Source: Deltaproteobacteria bacterium (lineage in GTDB: Bacteria; Desulfobacterota; Deferrisomatia; Deferrisomatales; JACRMM01). From it: a DNA stretch of 32,000 nt. This document shows positions 16,926-24,848 of this stretch, one piece after another. The DNA is taken from positions 94,052 through 126,051 of the forward strand of contig JACRMM010000035.1 of the NCBI GenBank assembly GCA_016214985.1, given 5' to 3'. The number at the start of each line of letters is the position of its first letter. Positions within the stretch are counted from its first letter, which is position 1. Below the pieces are notes generated by a model, which saw only the letters and a list, made by a program, of their open reading frames with translations, was not told where the DNA came from and searched no databases. Both the position numbers and the translations under genes were made by a program.

Positions 16926-18358
16926 AGCCTCGGTCCTCCTCTCGGCGGCTCCGGGGCGGGGCCGCCGCCGAGCGCCGTCACCACCTTCGGGGCCACCGCG
17001 GCCGCGTGGGTCGTACAGTCGTTGATCCCAATGCCGTAGTAGGCGTTGCCGCCGAGGAAGAGACCCCCCAGCGCCGAGACGCGGCCCTCGATTCGGCGCA
17101 GGCGCTCCCCGTGACCCACGAGGTACTGCGGGATGGCGCGCCGCCAGCGGACGACCTTGGCATACGCGGGTCGCGCCTCGATGCCCAGGGTCACGCGCAT
17201 CTCGTCCTGCACGACACGAAGGAGCTCGTCGTCCGCCAGGGCGAGAAGCTCGGGGTTCCGCGCTCCACCCACGATCTGCGTGAGCAGCGCGCTGCCCTCG
17301 GGCGCCCGCCGTGCAAACGTCGAGGAATCCCACCGAGAGCCCAGGATCTTGCGGCCCTCGGCCCTGGGGATCAGAAAGCCGAAGCCGTCGAGCGGATGCG
17401 GCACGTCGGTCGTCCGATACCCCAGGCACACCACCGCGGCCGGCACGTACGGGATGCCGAAGGCGAGGTCGGCCAGCTCCGGGTCCAGCGGACCCAGGAG
17501 CGCGCCCGCGTCGTACGCCGGCGTCGCCACGAGGACCGCGTCGGCATCCCAGACCCCGCCGTCGTCGGTGCGCACCCTCCAGCCGCCTTCGGCGCGCTCC
17601 AGAGCGGCCGCTGCCGCCCCTGCCACGATGTTCGCCTCGGGCATGCTGACCGCAAGACGGTCAGGGAGCTCGGCCGCGCCCTCCTCAAAGCTCCACAGCG
17701 CCCCCCCGGGTCCGGCGCCCTGGGGGCCCTGCTGGCCGCGGGCCTTGGCCATCTGTTGCAGCGCGAGCATCCCCTTGATGAGACCTCCGAACTGCTGCTC
17801 GATCTGCCACACCTTGGGGAAGCAGCTCTTGAGGCTCATCACGTTCGGGTCGCCGGCGTAGATGCCGGCGCTCATGGGATCGATCAGCTTGTCGAGCGCC
17901 TCCTGGCCGAGTCGGCGCCGCACGAAGGAAGCGACCGACTCATCTTCGGAGGGGTCGCCCTGCGGCAGGAGGAAGTCCGCTGCGATCCGCAGCCGCCCCC
18001 GGATGGAGAGCAGATCGGAGAGCAGGAAGCTCACCGGGTCCTCAGGCAACTGCTGCAGGCGGCCGTCGCTGAAGACAAAGCGCTTGCGAGCCGCGTCGTT
18101 GGACCTCAGCAGCCGCTCCTCGATCCCGAGCCGCCGCGCCAGCGCAAGGGTGGCGGGCTTGTTGTCGAGGAAGCCGGGCGGCCCGGCCTCGCACAGAAAC
18201 CCGTCTTCCCGCGTGGAGCGGATCTTTCCGCCCAGGGTGGTGTCCTTCTCGACCAGGGTCAGCCCGAGGTCGACGCCTCGGGCTTGGGCCTCGTCGAGGA
18301 GGGCCCGAGCCGCGGAGAGACCGGAAAGCCCCCCGCCCACAACAACCACTCGCTTCAT
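16922..18358 (-). CDS. hemY: FAD-dependent protoporphyrinogen IX (or coproporphyrinogen III) oxidase, HemY/PgoX-CgoX family
   Basis: The ATG at 18358 has GGAG 5 nt upstream and gives 478 aa. The N-terminus MKRVVVVGGGLSGLSAARAL is a dinucleotide-binding fold. GGKIRSTREDGFLCEAGP and the C-terminal GLFLGGNAYYGIGINDC are family hallmarks. Confidence 0.85.
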   Translation of the reverse strand: MKRVVVVGGGLSGLSAARALLDEAQARGVDLGLTLVEKDTTLGGKIRSTREDGFLCEAGPPGFLDNKPATLALARRLGIEERLLRSNDAARKRFVFSDGRLQQLPEDPVSFLLSDLLSIRGRLRIAADFLLPQGDPSEDESVASFVRRRLGQEALDKLIDPMSAGIYAGDPNVMSLKSCFPKVWQIEQQFGGLIKGMLALQQMAKARGQQGPQGAGPGGALWSFEEGAAELPDRLAVSMPEANIVAGAAAAALERAEGGWRVRTDDGGVWDADAVLVATPAYDAGALLGPLDPELADLAFGIPYVPAAVVCLGYRTTDVPHPLDGFGFLIPRAEGRKILGSRWDSSTFARRAPEGSALLTQIVGGARNPELLALADDELLRVVQDEMRVTLGIEARPAYAKVVRWRRAIPQYLVGHGERLRRIEGRVSALGGLFLGGNAYYGIGINDCTTHAAAVAPKVVTALGGGPAPEPPRGGPRL

Positions 18359-18396
18359 GTCGACTCCGGCGGCGCATCCGTCAGAACAAGGCAGCA

Positions 18397-18426
18397 ACGA
18401 TACGCGGCGGCCTCAGGGGCGGTCAA
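18397..18426 (-). promoter_or_regulatory. Candidate sigma-70 promoter of the hemY-fixCX(-hemB) unit
   Basis: Minus strand reads TTGACC (18426-18421), an 18-nt spacer, then TATCGT (18402-18397). This lies about 40 nt upstream of the hemY ATG. Confidence 0.35.
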
Positions 18427-18549
18427 GGGGGTGCGAGCGAGTCCGCGGACGAGCCGCCGTTTGATCCGGACCCTTCATGCGCACTTGCCAGGGAGGGGCG
18501 CACTCCGGCGCACCCCGCGGGCGCGCGCGGACGCGCGCGGAAATCCGTG

Positions 18550-18579
18550 TTGAATGCGGACGGACGCGGGTGGTAACCT
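18550..18579 (+). promoter_or_regulatory. Candidate sigma-70 promoter of the TlpA-like/TPR gene
   Basis: TTGAAT (18550-18555), an 18-nt spacer, then TAACCT (18574-18579). This lies about 75 nt upstream of the ATG at 18654. The -10 box is weak. Confidence 0.3.
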
Positions 18580-18653
18580 TGCGCCCCTTCGGCCCAGACC
18601 CCGACACCCCCGGGGCGGGCGGACGCCACGTCCCCGCTTCACGAGGAACCTCC

Positions 18654-19949
18654 ATGCGCAAGTACCGCCGCCTCGCCCACGTGCTCCTGTTCCTCTCCCC
18701 CCTCGTCCTGTTCGTCAACTCGACCTCGGCGGCGGCTTTCAAGCGCGTGCACGAGGGTGACGCCGCCCCGTCGTTTGCGCTGGCCGACCTCGCGGGATCA
18801 CCGGTGGATCTGCAATCCTTCAAGGACGGTCCCCTCACGATCGTGACCTTCTGGGCCCTGTGGAGCCCGAAGTCGGAGCCGCTCCTCCAGGACGTGCAGC
18901 GCCTCCTCGACGAGTTCGGCAGCAAGGGCGTGCGCGCCGTGGGACTGAAAGCCGTTGCGGTAAACGCCGAGGGTCAGAACCCGCCTGCGGATCTCGACGC
19001 CCAGGTCAAAGCGTATCTGGACAAGAACGGGATCAGCTTCCCTGTCGTGATCGACCGCAAGCTCGAGCTCTACGACACGTGGGGGGTGATTGCCCTGCCG
19101 GCCACGGCCTTTCTGGGCAAGGACCTCAAGGTCGTCTACGAGTTCTCGGGGCACCCGACGAGCGCGTACGAAGACATGCGCGACAAGGTCCTCGAGACGC
19201 TGGGAATCAAGGAGCAGCTAGCCGAGGCACAGAAACCGAAGCGCGAGCGGTACAAGCCCGCGGCGAAGATGACAACCCTCAACTACGGCATGGCCCGCAC
19301 CCTCTACGAGAGGGGCCAGTTCAGCCAGGCCGCGAAGAAGCTCGACAAGGTGCTCGCCGACGAGCCCAAGTTTCCCGACGCCCAGGCCCTTCAGGGGGCG
19401 ATCCAGTTGGGCTTCGAGCGGGAGGGCAGACCGGACGCGGCGCAGGCGGCCCGCGAGGCGTTCCAAAAGGCGGTCGAATTGGACCCGACGGTGCCGATGG
19501 GGCTGGCCGGGCTCGCCCACTTCGCTCTCAAGGACGGCGACGTCCCCAAAGCGCTCGAGCTCACCAAGAAGGCCCTCGAGTTCGAGGAGAGCCCTGAACC
19601 GAGGGCGACGACATCTCACCGCGTCCGAGGGAAGCCGAAGGCCGGGATCGTCGACGAGGCGGCTCCGACCGAGACGCGGGCGATCCGGGCCGACGTGAAG
19701 CTCTCCGAAGCGCCCGCGGCCGAAGCCGTGACTGAAGAGAAGGCTCCGGACGCAGCGGTCGAAGAAACGCCTCCGCGCGAGGCGGCAAACCCGGCGGCCG
19801 CAGTGGCGGCCGCGGAGACCGCCGTCGGGGCCGGCGACACGGCGTCGGCGACCGCGGAGCTGGAGAAGGCGATCAACACGGTGCTCGGCACCCCCGAGGG
19901 GCCCAGGATGAAGCGAGAAGGGCTCATGGAGAAGCTCCAGAAGCCGTAA
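18654..19949 (+). CDS. Exported TlpA/ResA-like thioredoxin-fold protein lacking the CxxC cysteines, fused to TPR repeats and an Ala/Glu/Pro-rich tail
   Basis: The ATG at 18654 follows GAGGAA and gives 431 aa. Signal peptide MRKYRRLAHVLLFLSPLVLFVNSTSAAA is present. The redoxin block TIVTFWALWSPKSEPLL carries WSPKS where TlpA/ResA has WCxxC. TPR-like helices follow (YGMARTLYERGQFSQAAKKLDKVL..., GLAGLAHFALKDGDVPKALELTKKALEF). The C-terminus is low-complexity. Confidence 0.8.
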   Translation: MRKYRRLAHVLLFLSPLVLFVNSTSAAAFKRVHEGDAAPSFALADLAGSPVDLQSFKDGPLTIVTFWALWSPKSEPLLQDVQRLLDEFGSKGVRAVGLKAVAVNAEGQNPPADLDAQVKAYLDKNGISFPVVIDRKLELYDTWGVIALPATAFLGKDLKVVYEFSGHPTSAYEDMRDKVLETLGIKEQLAEAQKPKRERYKPAAKMTTLNYGMARTLYERGQFSQAAKKLDKVLADEPKFPDAQALQGAIQLGFEREGRPDAAQAAREAFQKAVELDPTVPMGLAGLAHFALKDGDVPKALELTKKALEFEESPEPRATTSHRVRGKPKAGIVDEAAPTETRAIRADVKLSEAPAAEAVTEEKAPDAAVEETPPREAANPAAAVAAAETAVGAGDTASATAELEKAINTVLGTPEGPRMKREGLMEKLQKP

Positions 19950-19957
19950 CCGTCGAC

Positions 19958-19978
19958 CGGGGGGCTCTGTCCCCCGGC
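19958..19978 (+). terminator. Stem-loop after the TlpA-like gene (weak intrinsic terminator candidate)
   Basis: CCGGGGG-gctctgt-CCCCCGG, a 7-bp GC stem beginning 9 nt after the stop. It is followed only by CTT, so there is no real U tract. Confidence 0.3.
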
Positions 19979-20037
19979 TTGCCACTCGCGCCCCCGTCCG
20001 GTAGGGTTGTCTGCGCCCCACCCACCCGGAGCCGCCC

Positions 20038-22302
20038 GTGGGAAACCCGTCGCTCCCCAACACCCCGAACGCCGCCCTGTTCGGCTCCGACCCGCTCGAG
20101 GGTCTCGTGGGCGTGGAACCGGTGGCCGACGACCGCGTGCGGCTGTTCGTCCGGACACCTCAAGGCCTGCGGGCCGAAGACGACGCGCTGCGCCCCTTCC
20201 TGTGGCTGGAAGGCCCCGACCTGCTGACCGATTGGACCGGGCCCGCAGACCTCGAGACCCTCGCCGGCACGTGGGACTTTCGGACCATCGCCTTCTTTCC
20301 CGGCTGGAAGACCTTCGAGGCCGCGCTCCGGCACCTGAAGCGGGCCACGGGGAAGCCACCCGGCGCTCGAGACGCGCCCTACTTCTTCTTCCCGGACCCT
20401 GTGCAGCAGTATCTGTGCCTGACCGGGCGCACCTTGTACAAGGGGCTCGGCTTCGAGGACCTCCACCGGCTCCAGCTCGACATCGAGACCGCGGTCAGCG
20501 AGGGGTTCGAGTTCCCCAATGCCGAGCGCGAGGGGGACCGCATCACCCTGGTGAGCCTCTCGGACTCGACCGGTTGGGAGACGAGCCTGCGGGGCGACCG
20601 CCTCTCCGAAGCCGAGATCATCCGGGAGCTGGGCCGGGTCATCCGCGAACGCGACCCAGACGTCCTCGAGGGGCACAACCTCTTCAACTTCGACATCCCC
20701 TACCTGCGCGCACGGGCCCGACGGTGCGCGGGTTCGCTCGCCTGGGGCCGAGACGGGTCGCCGGTCCGGACACGGCCGAGCCGGTTCTCGGCCGCGGAGC
20801 GGGTGATCTCCTATGAGCGGTGCGACGTCCACGGCCGCCAGGTGATCGATACCCTGTTCCTCGTGCAGCTCTACGACGTGGCCACCCGGGAGTTGGAGGG
20901 CTTCGGCCTGAAGGCCGTGGCGCGCCACCTCGGGGTCGCGCCCGAGAACCGGGTGTACGTCGACCCGCGCGACATCTCCGGCCTGGCGGAGAGCGATATG
21001 GACCGGCTCGTCGCCTACGGTCTCGACGATGTGAGGGAAACCCGGGAGATCTCCCGCATTCTCGGCCAGAGCCACTTCCATCAGACCCAGATGTTCCCGC
21101 TGAGCCACCAGAACACGGTGACGCGGGGCACCGCAACGCGGATCGACGCCCTGTTCCTGCGCGAATACCTGCGCCGGCGTCACTCCGTGCCGCGGCCGCC
21201 CGTGCGGGCGGAGTTCGCCGGCGGATACACCGACCTCCTCGCTACCGGGATCCTCTCCCCCGTGGTCCACTGCGACGTCCAGAGCCTCTACCCTTCGGTG
21301 ATGCTCGCCTTCTCCATTCAACCCGCCCGCGACACCCTGGGAGTGTTCCCGTCGCTCCTCGGTGACCTGACCGCGCGGCGGCTGAAGGCCAAGGCGCGGA
21401 CGCGCGCCGCCCACACGACGGCCGAGCGCACCTTCTTCGAGGCCCTGCAGGCGGCCCTCAAGGTCCTGATCAACTCCTTCTATGGGTACCTGGGATTTCC
21501 GCAGGGGCACTTCGCCGACTTCGAGGCAGCGGCCCGAGTCACGGCCGAGGGGCGGGCCCTGATCCACCGGGTGATCCAGACCCTGGAGACGCGGGGCGCG
21601 AGACCCATCGAGGTCGACACCGACGGCGTGTACTTCGTTCCTCCGCCGGGCGTGGCGGGCGACGAGCCGCGGGAGGAAGAGTTCGTGGCCAGCGTCTCAG
21701 GGGCCCTTCCCGACGCGATCCACCTCGAGATGGCAGGCCGCTACCGTTCCATGTTCTCCTACCGCGTCAAGAACTACGTGCTCCTTACCTACGGCGGAGA
21801 GGTCCGGATCCGCGGGTCGGGACTGCGCTCCCGTGGGATGGAGAAGTTTCAGCGACAGTTCCTCGAGGAACTGTTCCGTGCGGTCCTCGGAGGGCAGCGC
21901 GACCACGGCCACAGGCTGCGCGACCGCTTCCTCGACGACCTGCGTCACCATCGCTGGACCCCGGAGCTCTTCGCCAAGACGGAGACGCTCCATGACAGCC
22001 TCGCCGTTTACCAGGAGAAGCGCCGCCAGAGCGCGCGCAGCACCTCGGCCGCCTACGAGCTGGCCCTGGCCTCCGGGCGGCCCTTCCGACGCGGAGACCA
22101 GGTAACGTACTACGTGGCTGGGCAGGGAGCGCGCGTGCAGGTCTTCGAGGCCGCGAAGCTCGCGACCGAGTGGGACCCCGAGCACCCGGACGAGAACGTG
22201 GAGTATTACGCAAAGAAGCTCGACGACCTGTTCCGAAAGTTCCGCCCCTTGGTCGACGACCCGGCACCGGATCGACAGGGAGAGCTGGCCCTGGGCGACT
22301 GA
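20038..22302 (+). CDS. polB: Family B DNA polymerase (Pol II-like) with intact 3'-5' exonuclease motifs
   Basis: The GTG start has GGAG 6 nt upstream and gives 754 aa. Exo I is LQLDIET, Exo II is GHNLFNFDIPYL and Exo III is YGLDDV. Polymerase motif A is CDVQSLYPSVM, motif B is KVLINSFYGYLG and motif C is IEVDTDGVYF. Confidence 0.9.
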   Translation: MGNPSLPNTPNAALFGSDPLEGLVGVEPVADDRVRLFVRTPQGLRAEDDALRPFLWLEGPDLLTDWTGPADLETLAGTWDFRTIAFFPGWKTFEAALRHLKRATGKPPGARDAPYFFFPDPVQQYLCLTGRTLYKGLGFEDLHRLQLDIETAVSEGFEFPNAEREGDRITLVSLSDSTGWETSLRGDRLSEAEIIRELGRVIRERDPDVLEGHNLFNFDIPYLRARARRCAGSLAWGRDGSPVRTRPSRFSAAERVISYERCDVHGRQVIDTLFLVQLYDVATRELEGFGLKAVARHLGVAPENRVYVDPRDISGLAESDMDRLVAYGLDDVRETREISRILGQSHFHQTQMFPLSHQNTVTRGTATRIDALFLREYLRRRHSVPRPPVRAEFAGGYTDLLATGILSPVVHCDVQSLYPSVMLAFSIQPARDTLGVFPSLLGDLTARRLKAKARTRAAHTTAERTFFEALQAALKVLINSFYGYLGFPQGHFADFEAAARVTAEGRALIHRVIQTLETRGARPIEVDTDGVYFVPPPGVAGDEPREEEFVASVSGALPDAIHLEMAGRYRSMFSYRVKNYVLLTYGGEVRIRGSGLRSRGMEKFQRQFLEELFRAVLGGQRDHGHRLRDRFLDDLRHHRWTPELFAKTETLHDSLAVYQEKRRQSARSTSAAYELALASGRPFRRGDQVTYYVAGQGARVQVFEAAKLATEWDPEHPDENVEYYAKKLDDLFRKFRPLVDDPAPDRQGELALGD

Positions 22303-22564
22303 GGTCGCGGGAGCCCGCGAGGGTCCTCCAACCAGCATCACGTCGCCTTTTCGGCGAGGGAGCCCACCGGCACCGAGTCCCTCGGAGAGCCCTGCGGCAG
22401 GCTTCCCAGGTGGAGCACCCGTACTGCCTCGTACCCGGCAACTCCTCAAAAACGGAACTCTTTTTCCCAAGACACTCCCGCGTGCGCCCGACCGCCTCTC
22501 CGGCGACGGCTCGATCCCCCACGACGGCCGGGCTTTCCAAGCATTTGGCGGCGGACGCGCGATC

Positions 22565-22580
22565 GGGCACGTGCCTTGCT
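22565..22580 (+). promoter_or_regulatory. Sigma-54 (RpoN) -24/-12 promoter candidate
   Basis: GGGCACGTGCCTTGCT compared with the consensus TGGCACG-N4-TTGCW. The GG and GC dinucleotides and their spacing are exact, and only the first T is replaced. It sits in a 400-nt intergenic region about 125 nt upstream of the ATG at 22704. Confidence 0.5.
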
Positions 22581-22703
22581 AGGCGCAGACTTCGAAGTGT
22601 CACGCCGACACCGCTGCGACCTCCGGGGCTGGGGGGAGCGCGCAGAAGGGCCCGGCATCGTCGCCCGCCAAGCCGCGGGGCTCGTCCATTCGCCGAGGAA
22701 CGC

Positions 22704-24842
22704 ATGTGCGCCGCCACCCACGAGGACTGCTTCCCGACCCTGCCCACCGCCATCACGCCCGAGCTGGCACGCTCCTGCGCGGACAAGATGAACGTGCTGT
22801 TTCAGCTCCAGCTTCTGAGCCGGAGCGTGAACGACGCGGGGTCCGCCTTCAATCTCCTCGTGGACCTGGCTCGCGACCTCGTGCCCTACGACAGGGTCGC
22901 TCTCTGCTGGCGAGAGGACGCGGATGCCCCCTTTCGGCTTCGGCTCACGAGGGGCTTCGCGGACGACGCCTCGGGCCCGCGCCCCGGTGATCTGACCGCA
23001 ACCTTTCCCGATCCGGCCCGGCCCCTGCTGCTCACCGCGGGAACGTGCGCATCGGAGGGCGCGCAGTCGCTCCTGCGGCACGCCGGGGCGACGAGCCTCG
23101 TCTCCATGCCCCTGTATGCGGGCGAGGCGGTCCTAGGCCTGCTGCAGTTGTACCGGGAGTCGGCTCCGGCCTTTCGGACCGAGGACGCCCACCTCCTCCG
23201 GGTCTTCACCCTGGCGTTCGACCCGATCTTCGACGGGCTTCTGAACGGCGCGAGGACGCGCGACTTCGCGTTTCTGGACCCACTCACCGGGCTGTTCAAC
23301 CGCCGCTACTTCGAGCAGCACCTGGAACGGGAGCTCGACCGCGCCCGCCGCACGAACGCTCCCCTGTCGGTCCTGTTCGTCCAGGCCGGAGACTTCCGGC
23401 ACGTCAAGGAGCGGCACGGCCACACAACGGCCGAGGCACTGCTGCTGGAAGTGGCCAAGCGCCTGCGCAGCGTCTGTCGCAAGAGCGATAGCCTGGCACG
23501 GTACCGCGAAGAGGATTTTGCGATCATCCTCCCCAAGACCGGCAAGGAGATCCTCCCGATCGTCGCGCGCCGCGTCTTCGATGCCCTCGACCAACCCCTG
23601 GCGCCGGATCTGATTCACGTGGCCCTCGATGCTCCAGCCTTCAGTCTCAGCGCGGTGGCGTACCCTGAAGACGCGTTCTCGGTGGAGTCGCTGGTCACGG
23701 CCGGCTTCGAAGGACTCGCCCTCGCCCGGCAGGAGACGGGCCGGCGCTATCACCAGTTCCCCTCTCCGAAGTCCCGCGGAGACGCCGAGGACATCCTCGA
23801 CCCCGGGCGCATGGGCCTGTTCCGCGAGTCCATCCTGGAGCCCGACCGGCTGCTCAACTTCTTTGCCAGTCTGTGTCTGGACACCGTGCCGGCCGACCGG
23901 GTTTCGATCCTCGTGCGCGAGGAGGACTCCCTAATCCTTCAAGTTGCCCTGGGTTTCGAGGGTCAGGAAGAGATCGTCCGAACGACCCATCTCCCCCTGT
24001 CGAGCGCCACCGTGTCGTCCTGGGTCGCGCAGCGCCGGGAACCGCTCCTGGTCCGGGACCCGGCGGACACGCCCGAGTGCCCCAGGCGGCGGCAGGCCTC
24101 CTACCGCAGCCAATCCTTTTTCTCTTTCCCCCTCTTGCAGGGTGAGGACCTCCTGGGCGTCATCCACTTCAGCGACCGCTCGGACGGCACCCCCTTCTCG
24201 GAGGAGGATGTGGAGTCCTTCCGGCCATTGGCCGCGGTCATGAGCCGTCACCTGGCGGAGGCCCGTCACTTCGGAAAGGCACAGGAGAGCTTCCTGCAGC
24301 ACGCTCTGTTCGGCCTCGTGGATCTTGTGGAGCAACAGGTGCCGGGCATGGCTCGTCACTCCGAGAAGGTGGCGCGGCTCGTGGAGGCCGTGGCAGCGCG
24401 CCTCGGGTACGCCGAAGAGGAGGTTCGACGGCTCGGCGTGAGCGCGAGGCTGCACGACCTGGGCACCGCGAGTTTTCGCTCGCGCGTGCTCGCCGAGCCG
24501 AGGGCCCTGAGCCCTCGTGAGAGGGTGCTCGCCCAGCGCCATCCCTTGCTGGGCTGGAAGTTCCTGGAGGGTTTGCCCTTGGGCGGGGTGGATCGGGACG
24601 CGATCCTCTACCATCACGAGAGGGAGGATGGGTCCGGGTACTTCGGTAAGCAGGGGCACGACATCCCGCCCACCGCGAAGATCCTGGCCGCGGCCGACGT
24701 CTACCAGGCGCTCACGAGCCCCCGGCCGTATCGGCCCGCGGTGACGCCGGAGGAAGCGCTCGGGTACCTGGACGGCCACCGGGGAACACTTTTCGACGCA
24801 GGGGTCGTGGACGCTCTCGCCTCGGTGGTGAAGGCGAACTGA
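22704..24842 (+). CDS. GAF - degenerate GGDEF (REEDF, intact RxxD I-site) - GAF - HD-GYP-type (HD...GYF) signalling protein
   Basis: The N-terminal GAF-like region reads LLVDLARDLVPYDRVALCW...SMPLYAGEAVLGLLQLY. The GGDEF fold DPLTGLFNRRYF...LSVLFVQAGDFRHVKERHGH has RKSDSLARYREEDFAIIL where RxxD-x5-GG[DE]EF is expected. The second GAF reads RVSILVRE...FPLLQGEDLLGVIHFSDR. The HD-GYP module has HSEKVARL, RLHDLGT and HHEREDGSGYFG. The start is the ATG at 22704 (GAGGAA upstream, short spacing) or the ATG at 22788. Confidence 0.85.
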   Translation: MCAATHEDCFPTLPTAITPELARSCADKMNVLFQLQLLSRSVNDAGSAFNLLVDLARDLVPYDRVALCWREDADAPFRLRLTRGFADDASGPRPGDLTATFPDPARPLLLTAGTCASEGAQSLLRHAGATSLVSMPLYAGEAVLGLLQLYRESAPAFRTEDAHLLRVFTLAFDPIFDGLLNGARTRDFAFLDPLTGLFNRRYFEQHLERELDRARRTNAPLSVLFVQAGDFRHVKERHGHTTAEALLLEVAKRLRSVCRKSDSLARYREEDFAIILPKTGKEILPIVARRVFDALDQPLAPDLIHVALDAPAFSLSAVAYPEDAFSVESLVTAGFEGLALARQETGRRYHQFPSPKSRGDAEDILDPGRMGLFRESILEPDRLLNFFASLCLDTVPADRVSILVREEDSLILQVALGFEGQEEIVRTTHLPLSSATVSSWVAQRREPLLVRDPADTPECPRRRQASYRSQSFFSFPLLQGEDLLGVIHFSDRSDGTPFSEEDVESFRPLAAVMSRHLAEARHFGKAQESFLQHALFGLVDLVEQQVPGMARHSEKVARLVEAVAARLGYAEEEVRRLGVSARLHDLGTASFRSRVLAEPRALSPRERVLAQRHPLLGWKFLEGLPLGGVDRDAILYHHEREDGSGYFGKQGHDIPPTAKILAAADVYQALTSPRPYRPAVTPEEALGYLDGHRGTLFDAGVVDALASVVKAN

Positions 24843-24848
24843 CCGGCT

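Noticed and set aside
16439-18553. 704-aa plus-strand ORF over fixC/hemY
   Set aside because: It is antisense to two well-supported FAD enzymes, and its product is Arg/Pro/Gly-rich nonsense.
19924-21567. 547-aa minus-strand ORF over polB
   Set aside because: It is antisense to a gene carrying all Exo I-III and Pol A-C motifs, and it has no motifs of its own.
20038-22302. PolB as a marker of a mobile or defence element (pipolin, casposon or polymerase-associated defence)
   Set aside because: It has the canonical KxxxNSxYG and DTDG motifs and Pol II-like size. There is no adjacent integrase, Cas1, terminal inverted repeats, tRNA attachment site or compositional break. The flanking genes are ordinary chromosomal genes.
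22441-22470. A5...T5 tract (caaaaacggaactcttttt) considered as a polB intrinsic terminator or IHF site
   Set aside because: No GC-rich stem precedes the T run, and the only pairing is a weak A5:T5. It also does not match the IHF consensus WATCAANNNNTTR. It is kept only as context for the sigma-54 promoter.
22765-22779. Second sigma-54-like motif TGGCACGCTCCTGCG
   Set aside because: The -12 element is TGCG rather than TTGC at the correct spacing. The motif lies inside the probable coding region, between the two candidate ATGs, and the 22565-22580 site is far better.
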